The position numbers and the translations under genes were made by a program. A DNA stretch of 64,000 bases from a virus, in IMG/VR virus record IMGVR_UViG_3300032893_000006, positions 70,338 through 134,337 of that record; one strand, written 5' to 3'. Each line of letters starts with the position of its first letter. Position 1 is the first letter of the stretch. Below, piece after piece: positions 9,811 to 20,445 of this stretch. Below the pieces are notes generated by a model, which saw only the letters and a program-made list of their open reading frames with translations, was not told where the DNA came from and ran no database searches.

Positions 9811-10677
9811 ATGGCATACCTCCCCCTCTCTCCTGCCGGACGCCGGTACGGTCGGTTTCGCGACAACCCCTACCATCCCGCGCGGACCTTACTCGCGATG
9901 AACCCAACAACAGACGTCATTCTTCCAGCCAAGGCTGCAACATCTCAGTGGACCGGGCCAATTCGCGATCAAGGCCAAGAAGGCTCCTGCACTGGTCAGA
10001 TGGGAGGCGCGCTACGTGATGCGCTCTACCGTAAGCTATTTCAGTACGAAAAAGATCGCAGTATTTCCGCCGATCAATTCAAGGTATCGGCCTCTTTCAT
10101 CTACAAGTGCAATCTCATCGCTGACGGCGATCTTGGCACAGATGCTGGTAGCAGCATTCATCAGACCGTCATGACGCTCAACCAGAAAGGAGCGTGCCTC
10201 GAATCCGAGGAGCCGTACAGCGACAGCGACTATTCGACCGAGCCTACACAGACGCAGTACGAACAAGCGCTCACTTACAAATCTGGGGCCTACCATTACA
10301 TTCCTGATCTCCAGACCATGAAGTCTTGTATCGCATCAGGTTATCCGTTCGGTTTCGGAATCTCTGTCTATTCGTCGTTCGAGGGGACATGGTCTGAGCC
10401 GGGAATGATGCCGGTGCCTGATCCAAACACAGAGCAACTCCTCGGAGGTCATGCTCAACCAGTCTTTGACTACGACGACACCCTTGAGTTTCCGGACGGA
10501 AACGTTGGCGGATTCTTGATCCAGAACTCGTGGGGCAGCGACTGGGGAATTTCTGCACCGGGACGAAATGATGGCGGTTTCTATTGGATGCCATACGCCT
10601 TCGTTGAAGGTAGCGATCCAAAGAATGGTCCGTTCGTGAACGATGCGTGGGTTATTCACCTTGGTCCAGCTTGGTAA
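9811..10677 (+). CDS. Papain-like cysteine protease (C1 family)
   Basis: DQGQEGSCTG (Gln, Cys), GGHA (His), NSWG (Asn) catalytic motifs. Confidence 0.92.
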   Translation: MAYLPLSPAGRRYGRFRDNPYHPARTLLAMNPTTDVILPAKAATSQWTGPIRDQGQEGSCTGQMGGALRDALYRKLFQYEKDRSISADQFKVSASFIYKCNLIADGDLGTDAGSSIHQTVMTLNQKGACLESEEPYSDSDYSTEPTQTQYEQALTYKSGAYHYIPDLQTMKSCIASGYPFGFGISVYSSFEGTWSEPGMMPVPDPNTEQLLGGHAQPVFDYDDTLEFPDGNVGGFLIQNSWGSDWGISAPGRNDGGFYWMPYAFVEGSDPKNGPFVNDAWVIHLGPAW

Positions 10678-10692
10678 AACTCAAAGGAGGAT

Positions 10693-10914
10693 ATGGTGCC
10701 AATAGAGAAAAGCACAGGATCGGAAGCAGAGAAAAAACGAAATTTTCACGATCTTCGACACGGAAAGACCTTTCGAAAAACCGAGAAAAAATATGGGAGG
10801 GCGAAAGCTCGAAGTCAAATGATCGCGATTGCATTGGAAGCGCAGCGCGCAGGGAAGAAGAAGTCGAAGAAGCACAAAAAAGCGCAGCACAAGAAAAGGG
10901 TCTCGAAGCGCTGA
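10693..10914 (+). CDS. Small Lys/Arg-rich protein
   Basis: AGGAGG RBS; KKKSKKHKKAQHKKR tail. Confidence 0.7.
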   Translation: MVPIEKSTGSEAEKKRNFHDLRHGKTFRKTEKKYGRAKARSQMIAIALEAQRAGKKKSKKHKKAQHKKRVSKR

Positions 10915-11040
10915 TTTATCGTGACAATCGACCCGTTTTGCGGTATAAATTTTGAGAGAACGTGCTCCCCGGGCAGGGACAAAGCGGCGACTCAAGCTTA
11001 AGGCTTGAGCCGCTTTTTGTTTGGCCCAAGGAGTCATGAG

Positions 11041-11313
11041 ATGGCAAAGCTGAGCTATAAACGTCGGCAAGAACTGCCAGCTTCTGAGTTCGCGATTCCC
11101 TCCGAGCGAAAATATCCGCTTGATACGAAGAACCGGGCGCGCGATGCGCTATCACGTGCTTCACAAAACGCATCTCCTTCACAAAAAGCGCAGATCAAGA
11201 AAAAAGTCCATCAGAAGTACCCGAGCATTAAGGTGAGCGGGCTTCATGGAGCCGAGAAAAAAGCCACTCGGCGCAAGCACTCGGTTCGAAAAATTTCACT
11301 TCGAAAGGATTAA
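11041..11313 (+). CDS. Small basic phage protein
   Basis: GGAG RBS; ELPASEFAIPSERKYPLDTKNRARDAL, a motif type recurrent in small basic phage proteins. Confidence 0.7.
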   Translation: MAKLSYKRRQELPASEFAIPSERKYPLDTKNRARDALSRASQNASPSQKAQIKKKVHQKYPSIKVSGLHGAEKKATRRKHSVRKISLRKD

Positions 11314-11315
11314 CC

Positions 11316-11480
11316 ATGAAGGGCAAAGCGAAAAACCTCTCTGTTTTGAAAGCACCAAAAAACCCGAAAAAGATTCGGACCTCGCGCAATCACATCGGCG
11401 GATGGCCGAAGTTGACATCTCCCCGCGTCAAGAAGACGGTCGGTAAAAGTGGCCGCAAGCGCGTTTCTCGTAAGGCGTAA
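11316..11480 (+). CDS. 54-aa Lys/Arg-rich protein (not in ORF track)
   Basis: Translated by hand: MKGKAKNLSVLKAPKNPKKIRTSRNHIGGWPKLTSPRVKKTVGKSGRKRVSRKA; AAGGA RBS. Confidence 0.65.
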   Translation: MKGKAKNLSVLKAPKNPKKIRTSRNHIGGWPKLTSPRVKKTVGKSGRKRVSRKA

Positions 11481-11522
11481 CCTTCAGCAGGCGCAAACAA
11501 GCTCAGGCGTGAGAGGTATCCC

Positions 11523-11699
11523 ATGAACGAGATCGACTCAGGCAACCTTCCTAATGTGCGTCGCGCTCCTAAAAAGTCGCGGCGCACCATTACGTCCGGC
11601 ATGGATAAATCCACGTCTGGGTGCACGACCGGCAGCAAGTATAAAGCGAAGAGTATCCTCAAGGAACTGTCCGCAACGAAGCGTCCACCGTACAAATAA
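11523..11699 (+). CDS. 58-aa basic protein (not in ORF track)
   Basis: GAGG RBS; MNEIDSGNLPNVRRAPKKSRR...KRPPYK. Confidence 0.55.
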   Translation: MNEIDSGNLPNVRRAPKKSRRTITSGMDKSTSGCTTGSKYKAKSILKELSATKRPPYK

Positions 11700-11711
11700 T
11701 CAGAGGTATCA

Positions 11712-11972
11712 ATGGCATCAGAATACGGAGCGGCGCAGCCCATTGTCGATCTTGCCAAGTCGGCAAGCAACAGCTTTTACGACTGGGGAAATCTCGGTCC
11801 GGTGAAACGCGCGATCAAATCGGCGAGCGATGCCATCCAGAGCGCGGTAACGCCGAAGTCGACCAAAAAGCCAATCGCGGTTTCATGGGCTTATTACGGA
11901 AAACCGCAACCTCGCCCGGGAGATGACAAGCCCACAACGCGGAAAGCGATTCCAAAGGTGTCGAGGCGATAG
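11712..11972 (+). CDS. Small basic hypothetical protein
   Basis: GAGG RBS; 86-aa ORF. Confidence 0.55.
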   Translation: MASEYGAAQPIVDLAKSASNSFYDWGNLGPVKRAIKSASDAIQSAVTPKSTKKPIAVSWAYYGKPQPRPGDDKPTTRKAIPKVSRR

Positions 11973-12003
11973 ATGAAAGCGAGAAGAAAGCGAGCAAAAT
12001 TCG

Positions 12004-13503
12004 ATGCCTTCGAATTACCAATGGATACAGCTAACGACAGCGATCTCGCAGCTTGCGCAACGTCTCAGCGATCCAAGTAACGCTTTTTGGACACAAGCAG
12101 AACTTGTTATCTACATTCAGCAAGCCCTGCGTCTATTTAACACCCTAACCTTCACTTGGAAAACAGACTTCACCTACAACTCGTCGACTATCTGGAACTC
12201 GCTTGGCTCATTGAACGGTTCCCCTCGTCTTCGTACGCAAACCGACGTTAATTGCTATACGCAGATTGAGTACATGCTGCTGGAACCGCCTACAGGCGGA
12301 ACGTGGACCGGCACCAATCAGTTTTCCATTGCCAATCTGTCGCAGGCGCTGCAGACTCGGCGCGACGAGATGATTCAAGTTGGCAATCTCAATTCCGTTT
12401 TGCTGCCGAATATTCCTGTGACGCCTAATGTGCGTCGCACCTATCTTCCAGATTCCACAATTGACGTGGCGCGAGTTCGCTATCTTGCGTTGCAAACCTC
12501 CACGACCGGATCGGCTTCTTCTGGGGCGACAAGCATTACTGTTGGATCGACACGGGGAATCACTCAAGGGCAAATTGTGAGCGGCAATGGAATTGCTTAC
12601 GGCTCGGCAGTAGTTGCTGTCGAACCCAACTCCATCACAATTGCTCCAGCGTCAATTGGGGTTGTAACAGGAACGTTAAACTTCTACAGCGCGTCGATTA
12701 TTTTTCGCGACGACACAGTAGCTTCGGAATTCTATGAGGCACCTCTCTATCAGCAGCCTTCAGGAACTCCGCAAATATTTTCGCTATCTTCCGAACCACC
12801 TCTTTCATGGAATGTTGACATTGCACCGAACACGGTCGGAAGTTACGAAGCAATTGTTTCTCAGACTGGCACAGCATTTTCGCCCCCGTCTGCAACACTG
12901 CTCAATATTCCCGATGATTTCACTTGGGCGTTAATCTTTGGAGCTATGGCTGACCTGCTTGGTCGCGAAGCTGAGGCATCTGATCCGCAGCGGGCTGAGT
13001 ATTGCTTAAAGCGCTACATGGACGGCCTGATGCTACTTCAAAAAATTCCATGGATTATGCTCGGGCGCGTTAATGGAAAAGCAGTCAATTGCGATTCAAT
13101 CTTCGCTTTGGATCACTTCGACAGCAACTGGGACTCAAACCCAACTAATTTTGGCCCGGTAATTGTGACAGGTGGCGTCGACTTCGTTGCGGCTCCATCT
13201 GGATCGGGAATTGGGCTGACGGTTCTCGGTAACGCGCCGATTCCGGTTTCCGGAAGTGATTATGTGCAGGTGAGCAGAAGTGACTATGACATCATCCTCG
13301 ATCTAGCTCAAAGCTTTGCGTGTTTTAAGATGGGCGGCGCTGACTGGCAGCAATCGCTTGAACTTGAGGCGCGAGCCATTCAAGCCTGTTCTGCTGAAAA
13401 TACTCGCCTCCGTAGCTTCGGTGCCTTCAGCGACATTCTAGTGCAGAGAGGGCAGCAAGAGCAGAGAGATCAGAATCCATACAACGCGAACAAGGCAAAG
13501 TAG
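12004..13503 (+). CDS. Virion structural protein (tail tube/adaptor-like)
   Basis: 499 aa; AISQLAQRLSDP...FWTQAEL..YI start resembles adaptor proteins; upstream of the nozzle-like gene. Confidence 0.55.
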   Translation: MPSNYQWIQLTTAISQLAQRLSDPSNAFWTQAELVIYIQQALRLFNTLTFTWKTDFTYNSSTIWNSLGSLNGSPRLRTQTDVNCYTQIEYMLLEPPTGGTWTGTNQFSIANLSQALQTRRDEMIQVGNLNSVLLPNIPVTPNVRRTYLPDSTIDVARVRYLALQTSTTGSASSGATSITVGSTRGITQGQIVSGNGIAYGSAVVAVEPNSITIAPASIGVVTGTLNFYSASIIFRDDTVASEFYEAPLYQQPSGTPQIFSLSSEPPLSWNVDIAPNTVGSYEAIVSQTGTAFSPPSATLLNIPDDFTWALIFGAMADLLGREAEASDPQRAEYCLKRYMDGLMLLQKIPWIMLGRVNGKAVNCDSIFALDHFDSNWDSNPTNFGPVIVTGGVDFVAAPSGSGIGLTVLGNAPIPVSGSDYVQVSRSDYDIILDLAQSFACFKMGGADWQQSLELEARAIQACSAENTRLRSFGAFSDILVQRGQQEQRDQNPYNANKAK

Positions 13504-13512
13504 GGGTGAGCT

Positions 13513-13836
13513 TTGAAAACGACAGCCAAAAAGACAAAAAGCGGAGATCAAATCTATTTTGAAGACCAAGCTGAAAAAGAGGAGCTTGAAGCTCTCGGAT
13601 TCGATTTTACCGAGTGGAACAACCTTTCTGAAGATGATTGTATCTATGTTTTTCTAAAACAGGAGAGCCTTGGGTGTCATGCTACCACACAGGAAGAACT
13701 GGAAACTTACTCCTCTCGAATGCTTCAGGCGCTACACAGCAAGGGTATTCAGGTGAAGGTTATCGATAAGTTTAGAGACGTCGGAGACGGATTTTGGACC
13801 CGCTTTATATTCTCGACTAACAGAACGATTCAGTAA
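13513..13836 (+). CDS. Acidic hypothetical protein
   Basis: 107-aa ORF inside the structural operon. Confidence 0.5.
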   Translation: MKTTAKKTKSGDQIYFEDQAEKEELEALGFDFTEWNNLSEDDCIYVFLKQESLGCHATTQEELETYSSRMLQALHSKGIQVKVIDKFRDVGDGFWTRFIFSTNRTIQ

Positions 13837-13845
13837 CGAGGAGCA

Positions 13846-16800
13846 ATGGACTTTAGAGGATTAGACCTTACGTCTCCGATCAACCGGCTGAAGTCCGGTT
13901 TTGCCGCGATGTGTGTCAACGTCCGCGCCTACTTCAAGGGAGGTTTTCAGATTCGCAATCTCCTGACCAATGCAATCATAACCGTAGCCGATGCGATTGA
14001 AACGATAGCGAGGCTGAACGACACCACTCCTGCCGGACCGGGAAGCGGATACACTTATGTAATTGCAGCGGGTACTAAGATTTATGCGGCGTCAACAGGT
14101 AGTCCTTCCGCTATTGCGACAGGAATGAGCGGTAACCCAGTCTCCATGGTGCCGTTTCGACCGAATGCCTCTGTGCAGCCGTGGATGTATATCGGCGACT
14201 CTGCCCCGACACCAGCAGGATCGATCACCTATGTAACCATCAGCACAAAATACGCTATAAATGGCGATGCTACTACCTTCGATTGCTCGTCCATGTTAAA
14301 GGTGCGTTCCGATAGCCTGATTTATAAAATGGGAATTGAAGAACCGCAGACAGCACCCGTTGTTTCAACGACCGGAACAACAACAACCGGAACAGATGCT
14401 CTGCCAGCAACTACGGTGCCGTGGACAAACGTTGGCGGAGTCAATCCTTCATATAACTATGGCCAGACAAGTGGTAGCGACGGAACTTCGCCCGTAATTA
14501 TTTCAACACCGGCTGGCGCACAAACATTAACTCTGGCAATCACTGGAACTGCCACAGTCAACGGAGCAACTCACGGTCCCGGCGATACAGGTCCGACTGG
14601 ATCGAGTTATCCCGCAAACTTTACAGGCGCGGGGCCAACAATTGTCCTTGGGGCCTTTACTGACGGCTCAGGAAATGTCCTGACGGGGACTTCTCCTGTG
14701 CCTCTTCTCGCGAATGTTGGTTCTGGAATCACGCTTCAGATTCCGGCTGGAGCATCCCAATTTCAAATCGGCATCGATTCTCACGCTAACACATTCTCAG
14801 CCAATTCTGGATCGTTTACTGTCAATTGGACTTTGGTAACGAGCGCCATAGCGACGGTCATCTCAACCCTTGGAAATGTCACAGTTTATTATTGGGGCGA
14901 TTCGCCCCATACGGGTCCAGTTGCAGACTACATCTGGAAAAATCCGAATGACACCGGCACGGGTATTGCGCGCTCAACCGGAACTGCTGCGGGAACGGTA
15001 ACAAACAATTCGTGGATGTTTGACTCATCGCCAGAGGACGGCACTGTGCCCTTGCTATGGGACACTCTCAACTCCTCCGCTACAATCACCGGATCGATCC
15101 CAGTGTTTTCTCCAGCACTTGAGTCGGCTGGATATCAAGACTTCAATATGTGCGTTGTTGGAACCATTTTTGTTCCAGCCGCAGGAACCTACGAGTTCAC
15201 CTTCGTCAACAAAGATCAGATCATGGTTGGTATTGGCGGCGGGGCTACGGTTCCGGGAGGCTACGTCACTGGGCAGGTGGGACAGACAGAAACAGTCGTC
15301 AATGCTCTACCTTTGATTTATGTCTCAACTCCGAACGGAGCAGGCGGTAAAGTTTTTCAGACGATCAGCATCACTTTTCCGGGGTCAGGGTCGTATGAAG
15401 TCGAAATTGATTACGACTACTGGTACCACACTGGCCGGTGCCTATACATGCTACTTGGTACAGTGGCTTCGCTCCCACCGTCTACTTCGAACATTATTCC
15501 ACCGCTTCCGCAGGGTGTGCGCACTGGAGTCTCCTACGCCTGCAAATATAGGAATTCGCAAACCGGAGCAGTGTCCAATCCCGGTCCGACTTCGACTCCG
15601 CAGGTAACACCGGTACTAGATAATACGGTGGTCTGCCCATACTCACCCGATCCTCAGGTGGACAAGGTTGACTACTATCGTCAGGATTCTGGGCTCGCGA
15701 ACTATACGTACGTAGCGACCGGACCAAACACCAATCCACCTACTCCGATCACGGATACGTTGACCGATCTCGAAGCTGCCGACAACCAAGTGATGGATAC
15801 AGACGACTACGAGCCATTTCCATCAATTGACTTGCCGCAATCTGGCGTTGTTAATGTGTCAGGCGGCGTGATCTCATGGGTAAGCGGAAACAAGTTCAAT
15901 ATTCGGTGGCTTGCAGGAACAATCATTGAGATTGGCTACCCAACACAGTTGGCATACAGCTTGATCGCGCGGCCAACATCCGACACAACTATTGTCATTC
16001 CGGAGGTTCCTGACGGAACAAGCCTGACCTACAACATTCCTGAGCCGATTCTCGCTGCACAGCCGCTGCCTTATCTATTCGGACCCACCGATAACATCAA
16101 TTTCGAATACGGCGTCGGCGACCCATTACGCCCGGGGACGCTTTACTGGTCCAAAGGCAGCAATCTTGACTCTGCTCCTGATACAAACCAGCTTGACGTG
16201 ACCGATCCTTCCGAGCCGCTCGTGAACGGAGCAATCAGCGGTGGATTAGGAGTTTTATTCTCAATTCGCAGGGCGTGGATCATCGAGCCGAACTACTACA
16301 ATGCTACGGCTACAGCGCAGGGCGTGTCCGGAACAACATGGAGTCTGCAAGTCTCGCAGATCAATCGCGGGCTATTTATGCCACGTTGCGTAGCTGTCGA
16401 AGGCTCCGGAAACATATTCTTTCGTGTGGATGATGGCATTCATGTTTCAGTTGCTGGCTTGTCATCACAGTCAATTACCGATGAGATGCTCTACCCATTA
16501 TTCCCTCATGAAGGTTCTGCGCCCCAAGCAATTGTCCGTAATGGCGTAACAATCTATCCCCCGGACGATACGAATCCAGAAGCGCAAAAGTTCGCCATTC
16601 AAAACGGTTATCTGTATTACGACTACGGCTATAGCTACGAAGCGCCAGTCGTAACCGATGTCTCGTTTATCCCGGAAAGTGCTACATCTGCTGGCGATGG
16701 AATTGCATGGGCTAATCCTAGTTCTGCGACAGCAGGATCACTGCCTGCGGTAGCAAACGTTACCGGCTTCAGCATTTCTTCAAATGTAGTGACGTTCATC

Positions 16801-18453
16801 GCCAACAACGCTTTTGAGTCTGGTCAGTACGTGGTTTTGGCAACAACCGATGCGCTTTTCTTGAATGGACTCACGGTTCAAATCATCTCTACCGGACTCA
16901 GCAATACTCAGTTTGAGTTCAATTTCCCATGGTCCGATACTTCTCTTAGCGCTGAATCTGGTACGGCGACTCCCGTTGCAAATAACTTTGCATCCGTGAC
17001 CGAACCGGCTATTCCTTTTTCACTTAATGCGGGCGAATCTATTGCATGGTCGCTTCCAACCACTTTCAGCACTCCTGAGGTTGATGGAACAAACTTTGCG
17101 GCGGCGGAGGCTGGTGCGGCGGCATCTGCGTGGCAGCAGGGTGGAGCATTTGGAACTTCAAGTGGAAGCCCGTTCCTTGCGACGGTTGGATGTAGCTGGT
17201 CTGGATTTCAAGCGCCTTCTCTTCCTGCCGGTGCGACAATTTCTCGCATTTACCCTGTTTTTTATGCGACCGGGCAGGTGTTATCGAACAGCGTTGCTGT
17301 GAATTACAGCGCGAGCATCACTAGCGGTCAGGTTTGGAGCGGCAGCATCCTACTTGGTTCGTTTTCTCAGCAATATACTGCTCCGGATGCATCGAAATCT
17401 CTTGGAAATACGCTCGCTATCGTATCGCAGGCGGAATTGGATATTACTGTTAAATCAACGGACTATGCGCCGGGAACGATCACCAGTGCCGCAGCAATAA
17501 GTCAGGTTGCTTTGGCTGTATATTACACGCTATCCGGGACTCCACCACCAGCAGGACAAACGCAAACGTTAGAGCTAACTGGTACTGGGTTAAGCTTGCC
17601 AAGCGGCGCTGTTGTGACTGGCATCGCCGTCAATTTCGATAGCGGGATGGCTTTTGGAACTGTCACTTCTGCAAATGTTCAACTGACAGTATCCGGATCG
17701 CCGGTTGGTAACGCCAAAACTTATACTCCGTCGACATGGCCGACCGCATCTTCACTTGGTAGCAGTAGTGATTTGTGGGGACAAGGCAGTATGTCCGGCG
17801 CAGACGCAAACAACATGGGAGTAAATGTGTCCGCGCTTCTCACCTCGGATTCACAATTGAATCTGAATGGAATGTCGGTCACTGTTTATTACGAGACCAC
17901 AGAACCGGCTGAGGGCAACGCGACTTTAGTTTTTGATATTGCAGCTAAAGGTTGGGAGCTTGATCTCTATACTGGAACGCAGCCAGTGAGTCATGCGCCA
18001 AATGAAGGACAAAGCCAGCAAGGCATCCTTGTCGGTTGTGCTGATGGTACCGTGCGCATGATGCAGAGCAGCGGCACTGAAACTGTAACCGGAAAGGTTC
18101 TTTCGCCTGCCATTGGTGGAGCGGGATGGCAACACATCAAGGAATATACATTGGAATACAGTTCCAATTCGTCAATCACCGTTACACCAATCGTAGCCGA
18201 CGCAAATAATGGAAGCTATGCGCCAAGCCCGATTACGTTGCCTTCAACAGGAGGAACGCCAACAAAACTTCATGGCTTGTGGGGAGCGAATAAGTTCAAG
18301 CTTATGCAATTCGAGATCGATATCACAAACGATCTTTCCGCTCAGGTGTATCTCGACGGCGTTTCAATTCAGATAAAATCTTGGGGAGCGAATTCTGTCT
18401 ATCAGCCTGTAAATCCATTCGGTGAGCAAGGTGGTTACGGAGGACAGCCATGA
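13846..18453 (+). CDS. Large tail protein (nozzle/stabilisation-like) with inserted beta-rich domains
   Basis: 1535 aa; DFRGLDLTSP start and LYWSK and FFRVDDGI propeller-like segments; precedes ejection-type genes. Confidence 0.6.
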   Translation: MDFRGLDLTSPINRLKSGFAAMCVNVRAYFKGGFQIRNLLTNAIITVADAIETIARLNDTTPAGPGSGYTYVIAAGTKIYAASTGSPSAIATGMSGNPVSMVPFRPNASVQPWMYIGDSAPTPAGSITYVTISTKYAINGDATTFDCSSMLKVRSDSLIYKMGIEEPQTAPVVSTTGTTTTGTDALPATTVPWTNVGGVNPSYNYGQTSGSDGTSPVIISTPAGAQTLTLAITGTATVNGATHGPGDTGPTGSSYPANFTGAGPTIVLGAFTDGSGNVLTGTSPVPLLANVGSGITLQIPAGASQFQIGIDSHANTFSANSGSFTVNWTLVTSAIATVISTLGNVTVYYWGDSPHTGPVADYIWKNPNDTGTGIARSTGTAAGTVTNNSWMFDSSPEDGTVPLLWDTLNSSATITGSIPVFSPALESAGYQDFNMCVVGTIFVPAAGTYEFTFVNKDQIMVGIGGGATVPGGYVTGQVGQTETVVNALPLIYVSTPNGAGGKVFQTISITFPGSGSYEVEIDYDYWYHTGRCLYMLLGTVASLPPSTSNIIPPLPQGVRTGVSYACKYRNSQTGAVSNPGPTSTPQVTPVLDNTVVCPYSPDPQVDKVDYYRQDSGLANYTYVATGPNTNPPTPITDTLTDLEAADNQVMDTDDYEPFPSIDLPQSGVVNVSGGVISWVSGNKFNIRWLAGTIIEIGYPTQLAYSLIARPTSDTTIVIPEVPDGTSLTYNIPEPILAAQPLPYLFGPTDNINFEYGVGDPLRPGTLYWSKGSNLDSAPDTNQLDVTDPSEPLVNGAISGGLGVLFSIRRAWIIEPNYYNATATAQGVSGTTWSLQVSQINRGLFMPRCVAVEGSGNIFFRVDDGIHVSVAGLSSQSITDEMLYPLFPHEGSAPQAIVRNGVTIYPPDDTNPEAQKFAIQNGYLYYDYGYSYEAPVVTDVSFIPESATSAGDGIAWANPSSATAGSLPAVANVTGFSISSNVVTFIANNAFESGQYVVLATTDALFLNGLTVQIISTGLSNTQFEFNFPWSDTSLSAESGTATPVANNFASVTEPAIPFSLNAGESIAWSLPTTFSTPEVDGTNFAAAEAGAAASAWQQGGAFGTSSGSPFLATVGCSWSGFQAPSLPAGATISRIYPVFYATGQVLSNSVAVNYSASITSGQVWSGSILLGSFSQQYTAPDASKSLGNTLAIVSQAELDITVKSTDYAPGTITSAAAISQVALAVYYTLSGTPPPAGQTQTLELTGTGLSLPSGAVVTGIAVNFDSGMAFGTVTSANVQLTVSGSPVGNAKTYTPSTWPTASSLGSSSDLWGQGSMSGADANNMGVNVSALLTSDSQLNLNGMSVTVYYETTEPAEGNATLVFDIAAKGWELDLYTGTQPVSHAPNEGQSQQGILVGCADGTVRMMQSSGTETVTGKVLSPAIGGAGWQHIKEYTLEYSSNSSITVTPIVADANNGSYAPSPITLPSTGGTPTKLHGLWGANKFKLMQFEIDITNDLSAQVYLDGVSIQIKSWGANSVYQPVNPFGEQGGYGGQP

Positions 18454-18611
18454 AGTATGGAAGCATAACTTCTCGTCGTTGCGCACGTTGCCTGACCATA
18501 GGTACCGGGCAACTCGCGAATGGAATCTGTGTGAAGTGTTACGAGTGGCAAAAGAAGAATCCAGAGAAGAAGATCAAATTGCCGGTCGTTGTTAAGCCGA
18601 GGGTCTCGTGA
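18450..18611 (+). CDS. 53-aa CxxC...CxxC zinc-finger protein (not in ORF track)
   Basis: ATGA and GTGA overlaps with neighbours; CARC...CVKC. Confidence 0.55.
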   Translation: MKYGSITSRRCARCLTIGTGQLANGICVKCYEWQKKNPEKKIKLPVVVKPRVS

Positions 18612-19780
18612 GTTCTAATCCTCTAGTTTCGTCATTTCGTTTCGTCAACTCTATTCCGGAGGGCGCGGCGCATCCAACTGTCGTGAAGGCGCTGCGTGAT
18701 CTTACCAATAGCACCACCGATCTTCAAACCTCAATTCCTCTTCTCCAGAAGCAATTAGATGACTTGAAAACGAGCACGACCACAGCCGCATCCACACAGA
18801 CCATCGTAGAAAATATCACGCAGAATCCATTTGCCGGACTGGGTAGCGTGAATAACGAATCATCGGAAACCTCCTATACCACTCAAACTTCCGACAACGG
18901 AATCCTGCTGATTTTCTCAGATGCCTCGGCGGTCGCGGTTACGTTAAATTTTGCCGTGTCGGCACCATGGTTTTGCTTTGCGGTGAATTGGGGCGCTGGC
19001 GTTGTCACCTTTACTCCACAGTCTGGAAACATTTCCTATATTGGGAACCTCGCCGCGTCGTCGATGCCCTTAACTAAGGGCTACCTGACGATGATCGTCT
19101 TTGACGGAACAAACTTTTGGGCCGCTACGCTCCCGACTGTTCCCCAGACGTTCAACGCCATCACTCACGAGTTCCTGATCTCTTACGATGCGACGACAGG
19201 GCTCTTTACAGCGGCGCAGCCTGCTTTTACCGACATCAGCGGTACGGCAACTTCATCTCAAGGAGGCACTGGCATAAACTCTTCGGCGTCGACCGGGGTA
19301 GCTCAGGTCAGTGCCGGTACGTGGTCCATCTCGGCAGCGTTAGCCAATGGAACAACCGGCACAACGCAAACAGCAAATGATAACTCCACCAAGGTCGCGA
19401 CGACGGCTTATGTGGATGGCACTTTGCCACGCGTTAAGGCTTCAACTACACTTACCGGACAGACTGGAGCAATCGGCACAACCGCCATTTATACACCATC
19501 CGCTGCAGGCTCTTACCGCGTCACGTTTGTCTTGTGGATAACAACTGTGGGAACAGGAGGCACGATCAGTGCAACGGCCTCATCAAATAACGGCGCTGGT
19601 GGATCATCGAACTTTTATGGAACAAGCGGTGCGAGCACGACGGTACTGGGGGCGCAGGTGCAAGCTGCTTTGATGTTTCACGTTGCTGCAGGTCAGGCGA
19701 TCAACTACTCGACTTCCTTTAGTTCAGTCACCGGAAGTCCTGTTTACAGCTTAGATATCATTGTGGAGCAACTGAAGTAG
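18608..19780 (+). CDS. Tail fibre-like protein
   Basis: T/S/G-rich; TQTANDNSTKVATTAYV motif typical of phage fibres. Confidence 0.7.
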   Translation: MSSNPLVSSFRFVNSIPEGAAHPTVVKALRDLTNSTTDLQTSIPLLQKQLDDLKTSTTTAASTQTIVENITQNPFAGLGSVNNESSETSYTTQTSDNGILLIFSDASAVAVTLNFAVSAPWFCFAVNWGAGVVTFTPQSGNISYIGNLAASSMPLTKGYLTMIVFDGTNFWAATLPTVPQTFNAITHEFLISYDATTGLFTAAQPAFTDISGTATSSQGGTGINSSASTGVAQVSAGTWSISAALANGTTGTTQTANDNSTKVATTAYVDGTLPRVKASTTLTGQTGAIGTTAIYTPSAAGSYRVTFVLWITTVGTGGTISATASSNNGAGGSSNFYGTSGASTTVLGAQVQAALMFHVAAGQAINYSTSFSSVTGSPVYSLDIIVEQLK

Positions 19781-19884
19781 TGGGAATGTTCCACGTGAAA
19801 CGCTGCGCTTTTCTTTTAAGTTCTCAGAGGTTCGAAATGGTTGTAAAATTTCTACAGTTTCCAGCATGAACGCCCGGGAGCGTC

Positions 19885-20430
19885 ATGGGAAAGGGCGCTC
19901 CCGTGTCTTGGCTTAGCTCTATTTTTGGCGGTCAAAATCCGACCCTGAATCAAAATATCAATCAGACCGGCCAGATTGCTGGCTTTGCAACCGGTCTCGG
20001 TCAAGGTGCGCTCACAAGCGGTACCAACTGGATGCAAAACATTGTCTCCGGAGACCCCTCGAAGATCGCGCAATCTCTCGCTCCAGAGATTTCGGCGCAG
20101 CAGGGTGGGATCAGCCAACAAAAGAAGCAACTGGCTGAGTTTGGATCGCGCTCTGGTGGTACAGCATCTGCAGCCTCGAACTTGGATTCTCAGGGCCGTG
20201 GCAACATCATCAATCTTGTGGGTGGTTTGCAATCCCAAACCGCAGGAAATCTAGCAAATGTAGGATCGAGCCTTTTGAACACCGGGCTCAATGCCACCAC
20301 AACACAAGCCGATCTGTCACAAGAACGGATGCAGAACTGGGCGAACTCGATTTTTGGTGGTGCGCTGACGGGCGGCGCGGGTATCGGTCTAGGAAAACTG
20401 GCGAAAATCGCCGGTCTTTCCCTTGGGTAA
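19885..20430 (+). CDS. Putative DNA ejection/pilot protein
   Basis: G/Q/A/S-rich 181 aa, first of four co-linear internal-protein-like genes. Confidence 0.55.
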   Translation: MGKGAPVSWLSSIFGGQNPTLNQNINQTGQIAGFATGLGQGALTSGTNWMQNIVSGDPSKIAQSLAPEISAQQGGISQQKKQLAEFGSRSGGTASAASNLDSQGRGNIINLVGGLQSQTAGNLANVGSSLLNTGLNATTTQADLSQERMQNWANSIFGGALTGGAGIGLGKLAKIAGLSLG

Positions 20431-20445
20431 ACATTAGGAGTGTAG

